Shown here piece after piece: positions 41,179-50,349 of a stretch of 64,000 bases of DNA (positions are counted from its first letter, which is position 1; each line of letters opens with the position of its first letter). The notes beneath the pieces are model-generated. The model was given only the letters and a program-made list of their open reading frames with translations. It made no database searches and was not told where the DNA came from. The stretch lies in assembly GCA_965223415.1 (NCBI GenBank), contig OZ245002.1:2784001-2848000 (forward strand), in the 5' to 3' direction. Made by a program: the position numbers and the translations under genes. Origin of the DNA: Myxococcota bacterium (lineage in GTDB: Bacteria > Myxococcota_A > UBA9160 > UBA6930).

Positions 41179-41737
41179 AGAGCACCTCGTCGATGAGGAG
41201 GTCGATGTCCTCGGCGCCGGGCTCGTAGCTGCCCAGGGCTTCGCCCTGGAGGTCGCCGGGGTTGCGGGTCATGGCGTTGCGGTCGGCGTCGATGCGAACG
41301 GTGAGCTTGAAGGGGCCGGCGAAGGGAAGGGCCTGGATCATGCGGTCGTCGGGTCCGAGCTCGAAGTCGAGCGGGAAGCTCGGGTCGGGGATGCGCTTGA
41401 CGGCGGTGGGCGGACCGCCGGAGCCGGTGCGCGCGATCAGGAACAGGACGGCGCCGGCGGGCACGCGGCCCTCGAGCTCGTTGGCCAGGCGGATCGTTCC
41501 GCGAAGCGGCTCCGCGTCGCTTTCCGTCGCGCGGGCGCCGGCGGGCGGCGGCGCCGGGGGAAGAGCCGCGGCGGGCCCCGGCATCACCGGCGCGCCTGCC
41601 TCGGCGCGCTCCGCACCCTCTGGGAAAATGCGCGAGAGGTCCGGCGCCTCGACCTTCTCGTCGGGATCGTAGGGCTCGACGTTGCGGTGACACCCCAGGG
41701 CGAGGAGCAGCCCGAGGAGCAGGATGGGGACGCGCAT
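41177..41737 (-). CDS. Lipoprotein resembling the C-terminal domain of cytochrome c biogenesis CcmI/CycH
   Basis: Lipobox LALGC; GAVLFLIAR..GGPP.AVKR...FPLDFEL...RID pattern. Confidence 0.65.
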   Translation of the reverse strand: MRVPILLLGLLLALGCHRNVEPYDPDEKVEAPDLSRIFPEGAERAEAGAPVMPGPAAALPPAPPPAGARATESDAEPLRGTIRLANELEGRVPAGAVLFLIARTGSGGPPTAVKRIPDPSFPLDFELGPDDRMIQALPFAGPFKLTVRIDADRNAMTRNPGDLQGEALGSYEPGAEDIDLLIDEVL

Positions 41738-41844
41738 CGCGCGGAAGCTAGAGCCCGTCCCAGAAATATCCAGCGTGCCCGTCCTAGGAAGGCCGGTACG
41801 CGTTTCACATTCCTGAGACCGGCTCTAGCGAACCTGCTACGTTG

Positions 41845-41940
41845 GCTTCGGAGCCTAGGGGTGGCCTGCGCGGCGGGCCTGAGAGAAGACCCTTGGAACC
41901 TGATCTCGTTCGCGCGAGCGTAGGGAAGGCTCGGAAGCCG
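41845..41940 (+). promoter_or_regulatory. TPP riboswitch
   Basis: AGGGGTG...CTGAGA...ACCC..GAACCTGATC...GCGTAGGGA core closed by gagcct/aggctc, directly upstream of thiC. Confidence 0.95.
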
Positions 41941-41982
41941 CCTCGGTCCTCCGGCCCACCTCCTCGAGCAAGGAGCTTCGCC

Positions 41983-43722
41983 ATGGCCGGCTTCCCGCTT
42001 CCTCCGTTGGGGCACAACCCGTCCTCGAGCGCCGCAGGCACCACGCCCGGCAGCTTCGCGAACCCGCCGGACATTGGCGGCCCGCTCGCCTTCAGCTCGC
42101 CGGACACGCCGGGCATGCCGCTTCCCTCGGAGAAGACCGCCTGGGATTTCCTCCCGCCGGGCTGGCGCCGGGACGAGGCCAGCGGCTTCGCCGTCGCGCC
42201 GGAGGGCTTCGAGCCCGTCACCCAGCTCGAGCACGCGCGCCTCGGAACGACGACGCCCGAGATGCGCCGCGTCGCCGAGCGCGAGCCACACCTCACGCCC
42301 GAGCAGGTGCGCGACGAGGTCGCCGCCGGCCGCATGGTCATCCCCGCCAACCGCGTCCACCGCAGCTACCGCCTCGACCCGATGGCCATCGGCCGGGCCA
42401 GCCAGACCAAGGTGAACGCCAACATGGGCGCCTCTCCCATCTCCAGCGGCACCGCCGAGGAGGTGGAGAAGCTGCGTTGGGCCGAGCGCTGGCAGGCCGA
42501 CACGGTGATGGATCTCTCGACCGGCGGCGATCTCGATCGCACCCGCGAGGCGATCATCCAGAGCTCGGAGGTGCCGATCGGCACGGTCCCGATCTACTCG
42601 ATGATCCTCGGCCGCAAGATCGAGGACCTCGACGACGCCACCATCCTCGCCTCCCTCGAGCACCAGGCGCGCCAGGGCGTCGACTACTTCACCATCCACG
42701 CTGGCGTGCTGCAGGAGCACCTGCCCTGGGTGGAGAAGCGCCTGATCGGCATCGTCTCCCGCGGCGGGTCCTTGCTGGCCAAGTGGATGATCCACCACGG
42801 CAAGCAGAACCCGATGTACACGCTGTGGGACGAGATCTGCGAGGTGCTGCGGCGCTGGGACGTCACCTTCTCGATCGGCGATGGCCTGCGCCCCGGCGGC
42901 CTGGCCGACGCCAGCGACGCGGCGCAGCTCGGCGAGCTCGAGACCCTGGGCGAGCTGACCGAGCGCGCTTGGCGCCACGGCTGCCAGGTGATGATCGAAG
43001 GGCCGGGCCACATGCCCTTCGACCAGGTCGAGTACAACATGAAGCTGCAGCGCCGGCTGTGCCACGGCGCGCCCTTCTACGTGCTCGGCCCGCTGGTCAC
43101 CGACATCTTCCCGGGCTACGACCACATCACGAGCTGCATCGGCGCCACGGCGGCGGCCTATCACGGCGCGTCGATGCTCTGCTACGTGACGCCAAAGGAG
43201 CACCTCGGCCTTCCCAAGCGCGACGACGTGAAACAGGGCTGCATCGCCTACAAGATCGCCGCCCATGCCGCCGACGTGGCTCTCGGCATCCCCGGCACCC
43301 GCGATCGCGACGACGAGCTCACCAAGGCCCGCGCCGCGCTGAACTGGGAGAAGCACTTCGAGCTCTCCTTCGACCCGGACACGGCCCGCGCCTACCACGA
43401 CGAGGACCTCGACGTGGACACGGACTTCTGCGCCATGTGCGGCCACGACTGGTGCTCGGTCCGCATCAGCAAGGAGTTCACCCAGTTTGTGAGCGGCAAG
43501 GACGAGAGCTACGCCTGGGACAAGCCGAAGATCACCGAGGCGCTCTCGCCCGAGCAGAAGGCGATCCTCGAGAAGCGCGGTGTGCTCGCGCCGGACGAGC
43601 TGCGCCGGCTCGCGTCGAAGACCCGCCACGCCATGGGCGCCGACGAGGGCAAGGCGGCGTGCCACAGCGACGTCTCCTCGGACGAATCCGCCCAGCATCT
43701 CCAGGACGAAGCGGTCGGGTAG
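41983..43722 (+). CDS. thiC: Phosphomethylpyrimidine synthase
   Basis: [37 protein letters not shown] and CAMCGHDWC motifs; AAGGAG RBS. Confidence 0.96.
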   Translation: MAGFPLPPLGHNPSSSAAGTTPGSFANPPDIGGPLAFSSPDTPGMPLPSEKTAWDFLPPGWRRDEASGFAVAPEGFEPVTQLEHARLGTTTPEMRRVAEREPHLTPEQVRDEVAAGRMVIPANRVHRSYRLDPMAIGRASQTKVNANMGASPISSGTAEEVEKLRWAERWQADTVMDLSTGGDLDRTREAIIQSSEVPIGTVPIYSMILGRKIEDLDDATILASLEHQARQGVDYFTIHAGVLQEHLPWVEKRLIGIVSRGGSLLAKWMIHHGKQNPMYTLWDEICEVLRRWDVTFSIGDGLRPGGLADASDAAQLGELETLGELTERAWRHGCQVMIEGPGHMPFDQVEYNMKLQRRLCHGAPFYVLGPLVTDIFPGYDHITSCIGATAAAYHGASMLCYVTPKEHLGLPKRDDVKQGCIAYKIAAHAADVALGIPGTRDRDDELTKARAALNWEKHFELSFDPDTARAYHDEDLDVDTDFCAMCGHDWCSVRISKEFTQFVSGKDESYAWDKPKITEALSPEQKAILEKRGVLAPDELRRLASKTRHAMGADEGKAACHSDVSSDESAQHLQDEAVG

Positions 43723-43792
43723 GCCCGCCGCGGGGTGTGACGGTGACCGGCACCGGGAAGGCAGCGAACCCCATGGGCGAAGCGCGCCAGCC

Positions 43793-44836
43793 GTGACGTC
43801 GGCGACGGAGCCGATCCTGCGACCGGCCGGGGTGAGCCTCGGCGAGCGACTGTCGGTCGGGCCCCTGCGTCTGTGGCTCGTCCTGGCTGTGATGCTGGTC
43901 GGCGCCTTCCTCCTGGTGGCCGGGCTCAGCGGCAACCTCGTGCGAGTCGCCTCCGGCGAGGCTCCGCCCGAGATGGCCCAGGATTTCCGGGTGGGCATCG
44001 TGCTGGCGCTGATGCTCGCCTTCTTGCCGGCGGGCGAGCTGTTCTCGACCCGGCGCGCTCAGCAGAGCCTGGCGCTGCTGGCGCCGCTCCTGCCCCTGGG
44101 TGCCGACGAGCTCGAGGCCCATCGCCTCCAGCTCGAGCGGACCGGCCGCCGAGGCACGCTCCTCGCTGCGGCGGCCGGCGTCACTTTCGTGATGGTGGGC
44201 GGCTTCCTGCCCGAGGCGATCGCCGAGCGAAGCCTGGGCCTCGACCAGCTGGGCGCCATGCCGGCCGCCCACCGCCTGATGGGCATCGCGCTGGGCATGG
44301 CCGCGGGCAGCTCGATCCGCCTGGCGGTGCGCAACTCCCGCCTGCTCGGCCGCTGGGCCGCCGAGCGCGGCCACCTCGACCTGCTCGAGCCGACCGCCTT
44401 CTCACCGCTGGCGCGGCTCGGGCTCACCAACGCCTACGTGAGCGCCGGCGTGGTCTCCCTGACGCTCCTGCTCCTTCCGGACCGCGAGGCCGGCGTCGGG
44501 CTCGGCGCGATGCTCGCCTTCATGATCGCGGTCTCGGTGGTAATGGGCGCGATCGGCCTGGTCCTGCCGATGCTCCCGCTGCGCGAGCGGATCCGCGCCG
44601 AGCGGCAGGCGGAGCTGACCCGATGCAACCGGCGGGTCGCCGAGCTGCGCCGGGGACCGGCGAGTGCCGGCGAGCTGGCCGACGCCATCGCCTACCGCGG
44701 GCTCGTCGAGGACGTCTCGGAGTGGCCGATCGATCTCCCCCAGCTCGGCCGCTTCGGACTGGTGTTCGGCCTGCCGGTGGCATCGTGGGTGGCGGCGGCC
44801 TTCGTCGAGCGGCTGATCGACGCCGCGATGGGATAG
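43793..44836 (+). CDS. Hypothetical multi-pass membrane protein
   Basis: About 7 hydrophobic segments; C-terminal EWP motif. Confidence 0.7.
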   Translation: MTSATEPILRPAGVSLGERLSVGPLRLWLVLAVMLVGAFLLVAGLSGNLVRVASGEAPPEMAQDFRVGIVLALMLAFLPAGELFSTRRAQQSLALLAPLLPLGADELEAHRLQLERTGRRGTLLAAAAGVTFVMVGGFLPEAIAERSLGLDQLGAMPAAHRLMGIALGMAAGSSIRLAVRNSRLLGRWAAERGHLDLLEPTAFSPLARLGLTNAYVSAGVVSLTLLLLPDREAGVGLGAMLAFMIAVSVVMGAIGLVLPMLPLRERIRAERQAELTRCNRRVAELRRGPASAGELADAIAYRGLVEDVSEWPIDLPQLGRFGLVFGLPVASWVAAAFVERLIDAAMG

Positions 44837-44988
44837 GTCCCCAGAAAGAGAACGACCCCGGGACCTTCGTCCCGGGGTGTCCCTAAGACCTCGAACGTCA
44901 CCCCCCCCTGGTTTCGTTCGGATCTTGGGGAACGTTTCGGCATGATGGCGGGGGCCTTGAGGCCTTTCTGCCGGTGAGGTGCATTTTC

Positions 44989-46026
44989 TTGGGTGAGCAG
45001 CTTCGCCTCAGCGATCGGAACCTTCCGGAGTACCTGGCAAGCCTGGGGGTCTTCGGCCCCGATCAGGAGCTCCAGGTCGAGGCGGCCGGGGACGGGAACA
45101 TCAACTGGGTGCGTCGGGCCTCGGTGCCGGGGGGCACCTCCTACATCGTGAAGCAGGCGCGGCCGGCCCTCGAGAAGTTCCCCGAGTACGAGGTGACGAC
45201 CGAGCGGCTGGTCTTGGAGGCGCGCTACCTGGAGCGGGCCCGACCCGTGGACGAGGACCGGGTTTGCCCGGAGGTCGTCGTCTTCGACAGCGACCAGCGG
45301 GTCCTCGTCTTCGAAGACCTCGGAGCGGCGACCCGGCTGGACGAGGCGCTGGCCGAGGGGCGGGACGTCTCCGCCGCGATGCAGACGGTGGCCCGGTTCC
45401 TCTCCCGCGTGCACAGGGCGACCGAGGGCGATGCCGAGCTCCCGGCTTCCTTCGCGAACGACGCGATGCGCCGCCTCCACGGCGATCACATCTTCGTGCT
45501 GCCGTACGAGGAGGAGTTCCCGGCGCCGCCGGCCACCGCGAGGCGCGCAGCCGAGCTGCGCGGCGACCGGGAGCTCGCGGCCATCGCGCGGCGCGCGTAC
45601 GACGCGTACCTGCGCCCGACGGGCCCGCTCGTGCACGCCGACGTGCAGGCGGGCAACCTGCTCCTCCACTCGAGCGGTCCGAAGCTCCTCGACGCGGAGA
45701 TCGCCCACGCCGGGGACCCGGCCTTCGACGTGGGCACCCTGCTCGCGCACCTGGCGCTGCCGGCGGCGGCGCAGGGAACCCCGGAAGACTCGGCGCCGCT
45801 CCTTCGGGCCGTGTGGAGCGCCTACCGCGACGAGCGGGGGACGGGAGCTCCCGCGGCGTCGGACGTCCTGCGCTACGCGGGCCTCGAGCTGATCCGGCGC
45901 ACGATCGGCGCGGCCCGGGTGCGCTTCGTCGAGGAGGACGACGCCGGCCTCGCGGTTCTCGATCTGGGCCTTCGCTGGGCAAGAACGCAAGACGCAAGGA
46001 ACGTCCCCGATCTTGCGCTCTTCTAG
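44989..46026 (+). CDS. Methylthioribose-kinase-like phosphotransferase (APH/choline kinase fold)
   Basis: GDGNINWV, IVKQA, HADVQAGN and DAE...GDPAFDVG motifs. Confidence 0.75.
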   Translation: MGEQLRLSDRNLPEYLASLGVFGPDQELQVEAAGDGNINWVRRASVPGGTSYIVKQARPALEKFPEYEVTTERLVLEARYLERARPVDEDRVCPEVVVFDSDQRVLVFEDLGAATRLDEALAEGRDVSAAMQTVARFLSRVHRATEGDAELPASFANDAMRRLHGDHIFVLPYEEEFPAPPATARRAAELRGDRELAAIARRAYDAYLRPTGPLVHADVQAGNLLLHSSGPKLLDAEIAHAGDPAFDVGTLLAHLALPAAAQGTPEDSAPLLRAVWSAYRDERGTGAPAASDVLRYAGLELIRRTIGAARVRFVEEDDAGLAVLDLGLRWARTQDARNVPDLALF

Positions 46027-47042
46027 TCCTCGAGGTCTTCTTCGAGGATGCCGTCGTCGGGGTGGACGGGGGGCTGGGCGCCGTAGGGGCGCGGGTGGGG
46101 CTCCTGGGCCTCCGTGTCCTCGTCGACCTGGGCCCAGTGGATGCGCTGGTAGTCGAAGCGACCGTCGGCGATGACGTTGAACTTGACGATCTCGAAGTAG
46201 GGAGAGAGGTCGAAATCCCGGGGCGTGAGCAGCGTGGGGTGGCGCATCTTGAACAGCCCGGTGTAGCCGGCGCTCTCGTAGCCGAAGATGCGGCGCAGGA
46301 TGCGCCTGCCACGGGCCGCCTCGGGCGGCTCGGCGCTGGCGTCGAAGCCCTCGGGGAACTCGACGACGGGCAGGATCGGGAATCGCACCTTGTGGAAGGT
46401 GCGCCCCAGGAGGCTCGAGCAGATCACCTCGGTGGGCATGGAGCTGCCGAAGTGGAGGGCGGTGCGCCGGAAGCGGTCGGGGATGATGCGGACCGGGAAC
46501 AGGTAGCGGCCCAGATCGAGGATGTTGCGCAGGTCGTAGCGCCAGCCGATCGCGTCGATCTGGTCCTCGATGACGATCTTCAGATCCTCGGGACGGATGC
46601 GATGGGGCCGGGCGACGCGGATGTTGTAGTCGATGTACTTGTTGACCGGAGAGGCAACCACGCCGTGGGGCAACGCCTCGACGATCAGCCACTCTGCTTC
46701 GTCGCCGAACTGCTCCCGCGCCCGCTCGGCCAGTGGCCCTCCGCGCCTCACCAGCTCGTCGCCGGCGAAGAGCGCTGCGTGGGACCACGAGCTCTGGGTC
46801 AGGTACTTGATGATGGCCGAGACCCGGTTGTCTCCCTCGACCAGCAGCACGTCGCCCTTGCGCAAATGCCTGCGAAGAGCCTGAGGGTCGTTCCACCCGC
46901 GCCGCTCGTAGGTGGCCAACGGCTCGGTGAGGAACTCGACGATTCGATTCGTGATCCAGCGTCGGAGACCCACGCCTTTCCCAATGCCTCCTGGGACCCT
47001 CATCGGAGCCCGGTCGCGCCGGGAAAAGTCCCGGATTTCCAT
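46023..47042 (-). CDS. Permuted papain-like NlpC/P60 (YiiX/YebB-like) protein; start may be GTG at ~46973
   Basis: GDVLLVEG, IKYLTQSSWSHAA, YD and ICSS (catalytic Cys) motifs. Confidence 0.8.
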   Translation of the reverse strand: MEIRDFSRRDRAPMRVPGGIGKGVGLRRWITNRIVEFLTEPLATYERRGWNDPQALRRHLRKGDVLLVEGDNRVSAIIKYLTQSSWSHAALFAGDELVRRGGPLAERAREQFGDEAEWLIVEALPHGVVASPVNKYIDYNIRVARPHRIRPEDLKIVIEDQIDAIGWRYDLRNILDLGRYLFPVRIIPDRFRRTALHFGSSMPTEVICSSLLGRTFHKVRFPILPVVEFPEGFDASAEPPEAARGRRILRRIFGYESAGYTGLFKMRHPTLLTPRDFDLSPYFEIVKFNVIADGRFDYQRIHWAQVDEDTEAQEPHPRPYGAQPPVHPDDGILEEDLED

Positions 47043-47078
47043 GGTCTTCTGCCAGGGGGTCAGGTATCCTTTGCCCCT

Positions 47079-47105
47079 CCTTGAAAAAGTGCTGATTTTT
47101 CAAGG
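47079..47105. promoter_or_regulatory. AT-rich palindromic operator candidate CCTTGAAAAA-N7-TTTTTCAAGG
   Basis: Perfect 10-bp inverted repeat between divergent genes. Confidence 0.5.
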
Positions 47106-47151
47106 GGTTACGCCGATTTGCGCAGCCAGTCGGCAGTGGAGCCTTGCGCCG

Positions 47152-47352
47152 ATGGATGTCAGGATCAAGCTCAACGTCTCGTTCACCGTCTCGGGGAGCG
47201 GCCTCGAGGACGCCCTCGCCGAGTACGACGAGCTGACGGTCGCCGGGATGGTGAGCGAGATCCTCGACAAGGCCATCGCCTGCGACGAGATCCAGGTTGA
47301 CATCGCCGAGGGCCCGAACACCCTCGAAGAGTACGACCAGCAGAGCGGCTGA
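47152..47352 (+). CDS. Small acidic hypothetical protein (66 aa)
   Basis: Strong GC3 codon bias and protein-like composition. Confidence 0.7.
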   Translation: MDVRIKLNVSFTVSGSGLEDALAEYDELTVAGMVSEILDKAIACDEIQVDIAEGPNTLEEYDQQSG

Positions 47353-47364
47353 GCGAGGCTCCCG

Positions 47365-47802
47365 TCAGAACAGGCTGAGCTGGCGCGGGCCCTCCGGCTT
47401 CGGTGGGTGCTGAGGTCGCGGTCGTGTCAGCGGTGTGGGCTCGGCGAGGGCCGGCCCGCTGGAGCCGGGCTGGTAGATGCCGTGCCGGCGGGCGAACTCG
47501 AGCAGCGTCTGGTTGAAGCGCCGGAAGCGCGGGCCGTGGTTGAAGTGACGCAGGTGCGCGAGCTCGTGGCACAGGGTGGCGACCAGGCTCGAGTACTTGA
47601 GCGGCCTTCCGGTCGTGACGTGACGCAGACGGATCTTGATCGTGCCGTCGTCGTAGCAGATGCCGTAGCGGTTCTTGACGTTGGCTCGCTCCGCCTCGAT
47701 CGCCCGGTAGCGCAGGCCGAAGTGTGCCGCGATGAACGCACCGTCGCGGTTCAATCGCGCCATCAACTGGCGTTTGGTCTTGTGGTCCAGCGGATCCCCC
47801 AC
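47365..47802 (-). CDS. Zinc metallopeptidase-like protein (YgjP/WLM/SprT-like)
   Basis: HELAH...NHGPRF motif. Confidence 0.8.
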   Translation of the reverse strand: MGDPLDHKTKRQLMARLNRDGAFIAAHFGLRYRAIEAERANVKNRYGICYDDGTIKIRLRHVTTGRPLKYSSLVATLCHELAHLRHFNHGPRFRRFNQTLLEFARRHGIYQPGSSGPALAEPTPLTRPRPQHPPKPEGPRQLSLF

Positions 47803-47852
47803 GCACCAGGAGCATCTCGGCAGCGTCGGGTGCCGTCAAGTATCCTGCTCAT

Positions 47853-48512
47853 GTGTCGACGCAGCAGGCGCCCCTGTTTCCGCTCTCGAACGTGACACTG
47901 TTCCCGCGGGCCAGCGTTCCGCTGCACCTGTTCGAGCCGCGGTACCGCCAGATGATGGAGGCGGCTCTCGAGGGGAATCGGGTGATCGCCATGGCCACCG
48001 CGCGACCGGAGCATGCGAGCGACATGGCCGGCGACCCTCCCGTCTACCCGATCGCCTGCGCCGGCTTCGTCCAGAGCTACCAGAAGCTCGCCGACGGACG
48101 CTTCAACCTCGTCCTCCAGGGGACCCATCGGGTTCGCATCGTGTCGGAGCAGCCGCCGAAAGGTGAACGCCTCTACCGGGTCGGAGAGCTCGAGCCGCTG
48201 GAGGACTCGGTCGTCGATGCGGGGCGTTGCGCCGAGCTGCGCGAGCGGGTCACCGCACACCTGGCCGATCTCGCACGGCAGGCGACCGGCGTCTCCCTGG
48301 AGCACACGGTCGGCCGTCTCCAGACGATGGACCTCGCCGCGTTCACCGACGGCGTCTGCCAGGCCGTGGCCCTGCCGACGACGGAGAAGCAATCGCTGCT
48401 CGAGGCCGACACCCTGGACGATCGGCTGGTGCGGTTGGAGGGAACCCTGGCGTTCCACCGGGCGATGATGGAGCGCGGAGGGGCCGATTCCGGGCCGGAG
48501 ACCGTGCACTGA
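47853..48512 (+). CDS. LON peptidase substrate-binding domain protein
   Basis: PLFPL...FP...PLHLFEPRY and DGRFNLVLQG..R motifs; no AAA+ or protease domain. Confidence 0.88.
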   Translation: MSTQQAPLFPLSNVTLFPRASVPLHLFEPRYRQMMEAALEGNRVIAMATARPEHASDMAGDPPVYPIACAGFVQSYQKLADGRFNLVLQGTHRVRIVSEQPPKGERLYRVGELEPLEDSVVDAGRCAELRERVTAHLADLARQATGVSLEHTVGRLQTMDLAAFTDGVCQAVALPTTEKQSLLEADTLDDRLVRLEGTLAFHRAMMERGGADSGPETVH

Positions 48513-48879
48513 CAGCGATTCTCTGTGGTCGAGAAAATCGTCGAAAAAGGCAGCTTCATTGAGAATGTCGAAGATATCCTCCTCCCCTCCCTGGGCCCGG
48601 TGACACCGCAGGCGGTTCACCCAAGCTTCCTCAAGGAGGGCGCGGAACCCCGCGGAGTTGCGGCCCGTTCCGGTATGCAAACAGCGGTTAGCCGGCTCTT
48701 CTGCGGCCTTTTCGGGTGAACCGCGCGCGTGTAGGCCGCACGGCGGGAATCGCGGCGGGGAAGATTGCGAAGCTCCGCGACGCATGCTCTACTCCCGGCT
48801 CTTCTGGGGTGAGCGTTGCCGGGTTCCTCCCTACAACCCGGCGGGACCCCCCGGAAACCCCCGATTTCAGGCTGGTCCC

Positions 48880-50292
48880 ATGCATCACCCCCCCAAGGTG
48901 TGGGACGGCGTTCTGACACGCCTCCGCACCCTGATGGCCCCGCTCGCCCTGGAGGCGTGGATCCTTCCGCTCGCCGTGCGGATGGAGGAAGAAGCGGGAG
49001 AGCTGCATCTCCTGGCGCCCGGCTCCTTTCACGAGGCGCGGGTGCGCAGCCGCTACCTGCACACGATCCGTGAGGCCGTCGACCGGGAGTGCGGTGGAGC
49101 GGTGGAGCTGCGCCTGAGCTCCGCCGAGGCGGAGGCGGCGCCGGGCCCCTGCACCGCGGCTCCCCGCTCTCCGGCGCGCCCCGCACCGGAGGCGGGCGAT
49201 CCCCGGCCGGCGCGACCGGTGCAGGCGGAGCTTCTTCACACCTTCGACAGCTTCGTCGTGGGGCCGGAGAACGCCCTCGCGCGGGAGGCGGTGGTCGCCC
49301 TGGCGGGGCGGCGGCAGGCGGGGATCAGTCCGCTCTTCCTGGCCGGCCCGCCGGGCGTCGGCAAGTCGCACCTGGTGCGAGCGCTGGTCGCCGAGGTGGG
49401 CGGTGTCTACGTCTCCGCCGAGGCGTTCACGAACGCCTTCACCGGCGCCCTCCGCCGGCGTGACACCGACGCCTTCAAGCGGCGGTTCCGGGAGTGCACG
49501 CTCCTCGTCGTCGAGGACGTGCAGTTCCTCGAGGGCAAGAACGCCACTCAGAACGAGCTGCACCACACCCTCGAGCACCTCTCGATGGCCGGGCGTCCCG
49601 TGGTGCTCACCGGCGACCGGCTGCCGCGGGAGATGCGCGGGCTGCAGGAGCGGCTCGTCTCCGAGATGACCCGCGGTCTCGTGGCGGAGATCGAGTCGCC
49701 CGAACGCGAGCTGCGCCGGCGCATCGTGAAGACGAAGGCCTCCCGAGGCGGCGTGCGCCTGCCGGAAGCATGCCTCGACCTGCTGGTCGACCGGGCCAGC
49801 GGAAGCGTGCGCGATCTCGAGGGGGCGCTGATCCAGGTGGTCGCCAGCGCGTCGCTGCTCTCGCGGCCGATCGATCGCACGCTCACCGAGGCGGCGCTCC
49901 GCAAGATCACGCCCGCCGAGGCGAGCCCCCTGCGGCTCGACACGGTGGTCGAGCGCGTGGCGAGCTTCTTCGGCGTGAGCCCCACCGAGCTCTCGGGCCG
50001 CAGCCGGCGCAGGACGGTGCTCGTGCCGCGCCAGATCGCCGTCTACCTCGCCCATCGCTACACGAACGCCACCCTCACCGATATCGGCCGCGCGGTCGGA
50101 CGCGACCTTCCCGCCGTGAAGAACGCCGTCCAGGTGGTCGAGCGCGCCATCCTGGAGAAGGCCCCGCTCCGCTACCAGGTGGAGGCGTTGGTGGAGCGGC
50201 TCGGCGTCCCGGCCGGAAGCGACCCGGCGAAGCCGGCCCGCGTGCCCCTCCGGGTGGTGCGGCCCGCTCCAGACCGGCAGGAGCAGGCGTGA
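48880..50292 (+). CDS. DnaA paralogue (domains I-IV, divergent)
   Basis: HTFDSFVVG..N, GPPGVGKSHL, VEDVQF, SVRDLEGAL and PRQIAVYL motifs; no dnaN adjacent. Confidence 0.85.
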   Translation: MHHPPKVWDGVLTRLRTLMAPLALEAWILPLAVRMEEEAGELHLLAPGSFHEARVRSRYLHTIREAVDRECGGAVELRLSSAEAEAAPGPCTAAPRSPARPAPEAGDPRPARPVQAELLHTFDSFVVGPENALAREAVVALAGRRQAGISPLFLAGPPGVGKSHLVRALVAEVGGVYVSAEAFTNAFTGALRRRDTDAFKRRFRECTLLVVEDVQFLEGKNATQNELHHTLEHLSMAGRPVVLTGDRLPREMRGLQERLVSEMTRGLVAEIESPERELRRRIVKTKASRGGVRLPEACLDLLVDRASGSVRDLEGALIQVVASASLLSRPIDRTLTEAALRKITPAEASPLRLDTVVERVASFFGVSPTELSGRSRRRTVLVPRQIAVYLAHRYTNATLTDIGRAVGRDLPAVKNAVQVVERAILEKAPLRYQVEALVERLGVPAGSDPAKPARVPLRVVRPAPDRQEQA

Positions 50293-50349
50293 GAGAAGGC
50301 GTCTCCCTCCGGTTGAGGAGACCGTCCGCAGGGGCGGTGCTTCGACGAT

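Noticed and set aside
11447..41180. CRISPR repeats (the two identical palindrome arms)
   Set aside because: Two isolated inverted pairs 30 kb apart, with no spacer array and no cas genes.
44856..44880. Hairpin ccccgggac-cttc-gtccccgggg as an intrinsic terminator
   Set aside because: No U-tract; possible, but not supported well enough to list as a feature.
48513..48880. oriC next to the dnaA-like gene
   Set aside because: No DnaA-box cluster seen, no dnaN/gyrB/rpmH, and the protein lacks key initiator residues.
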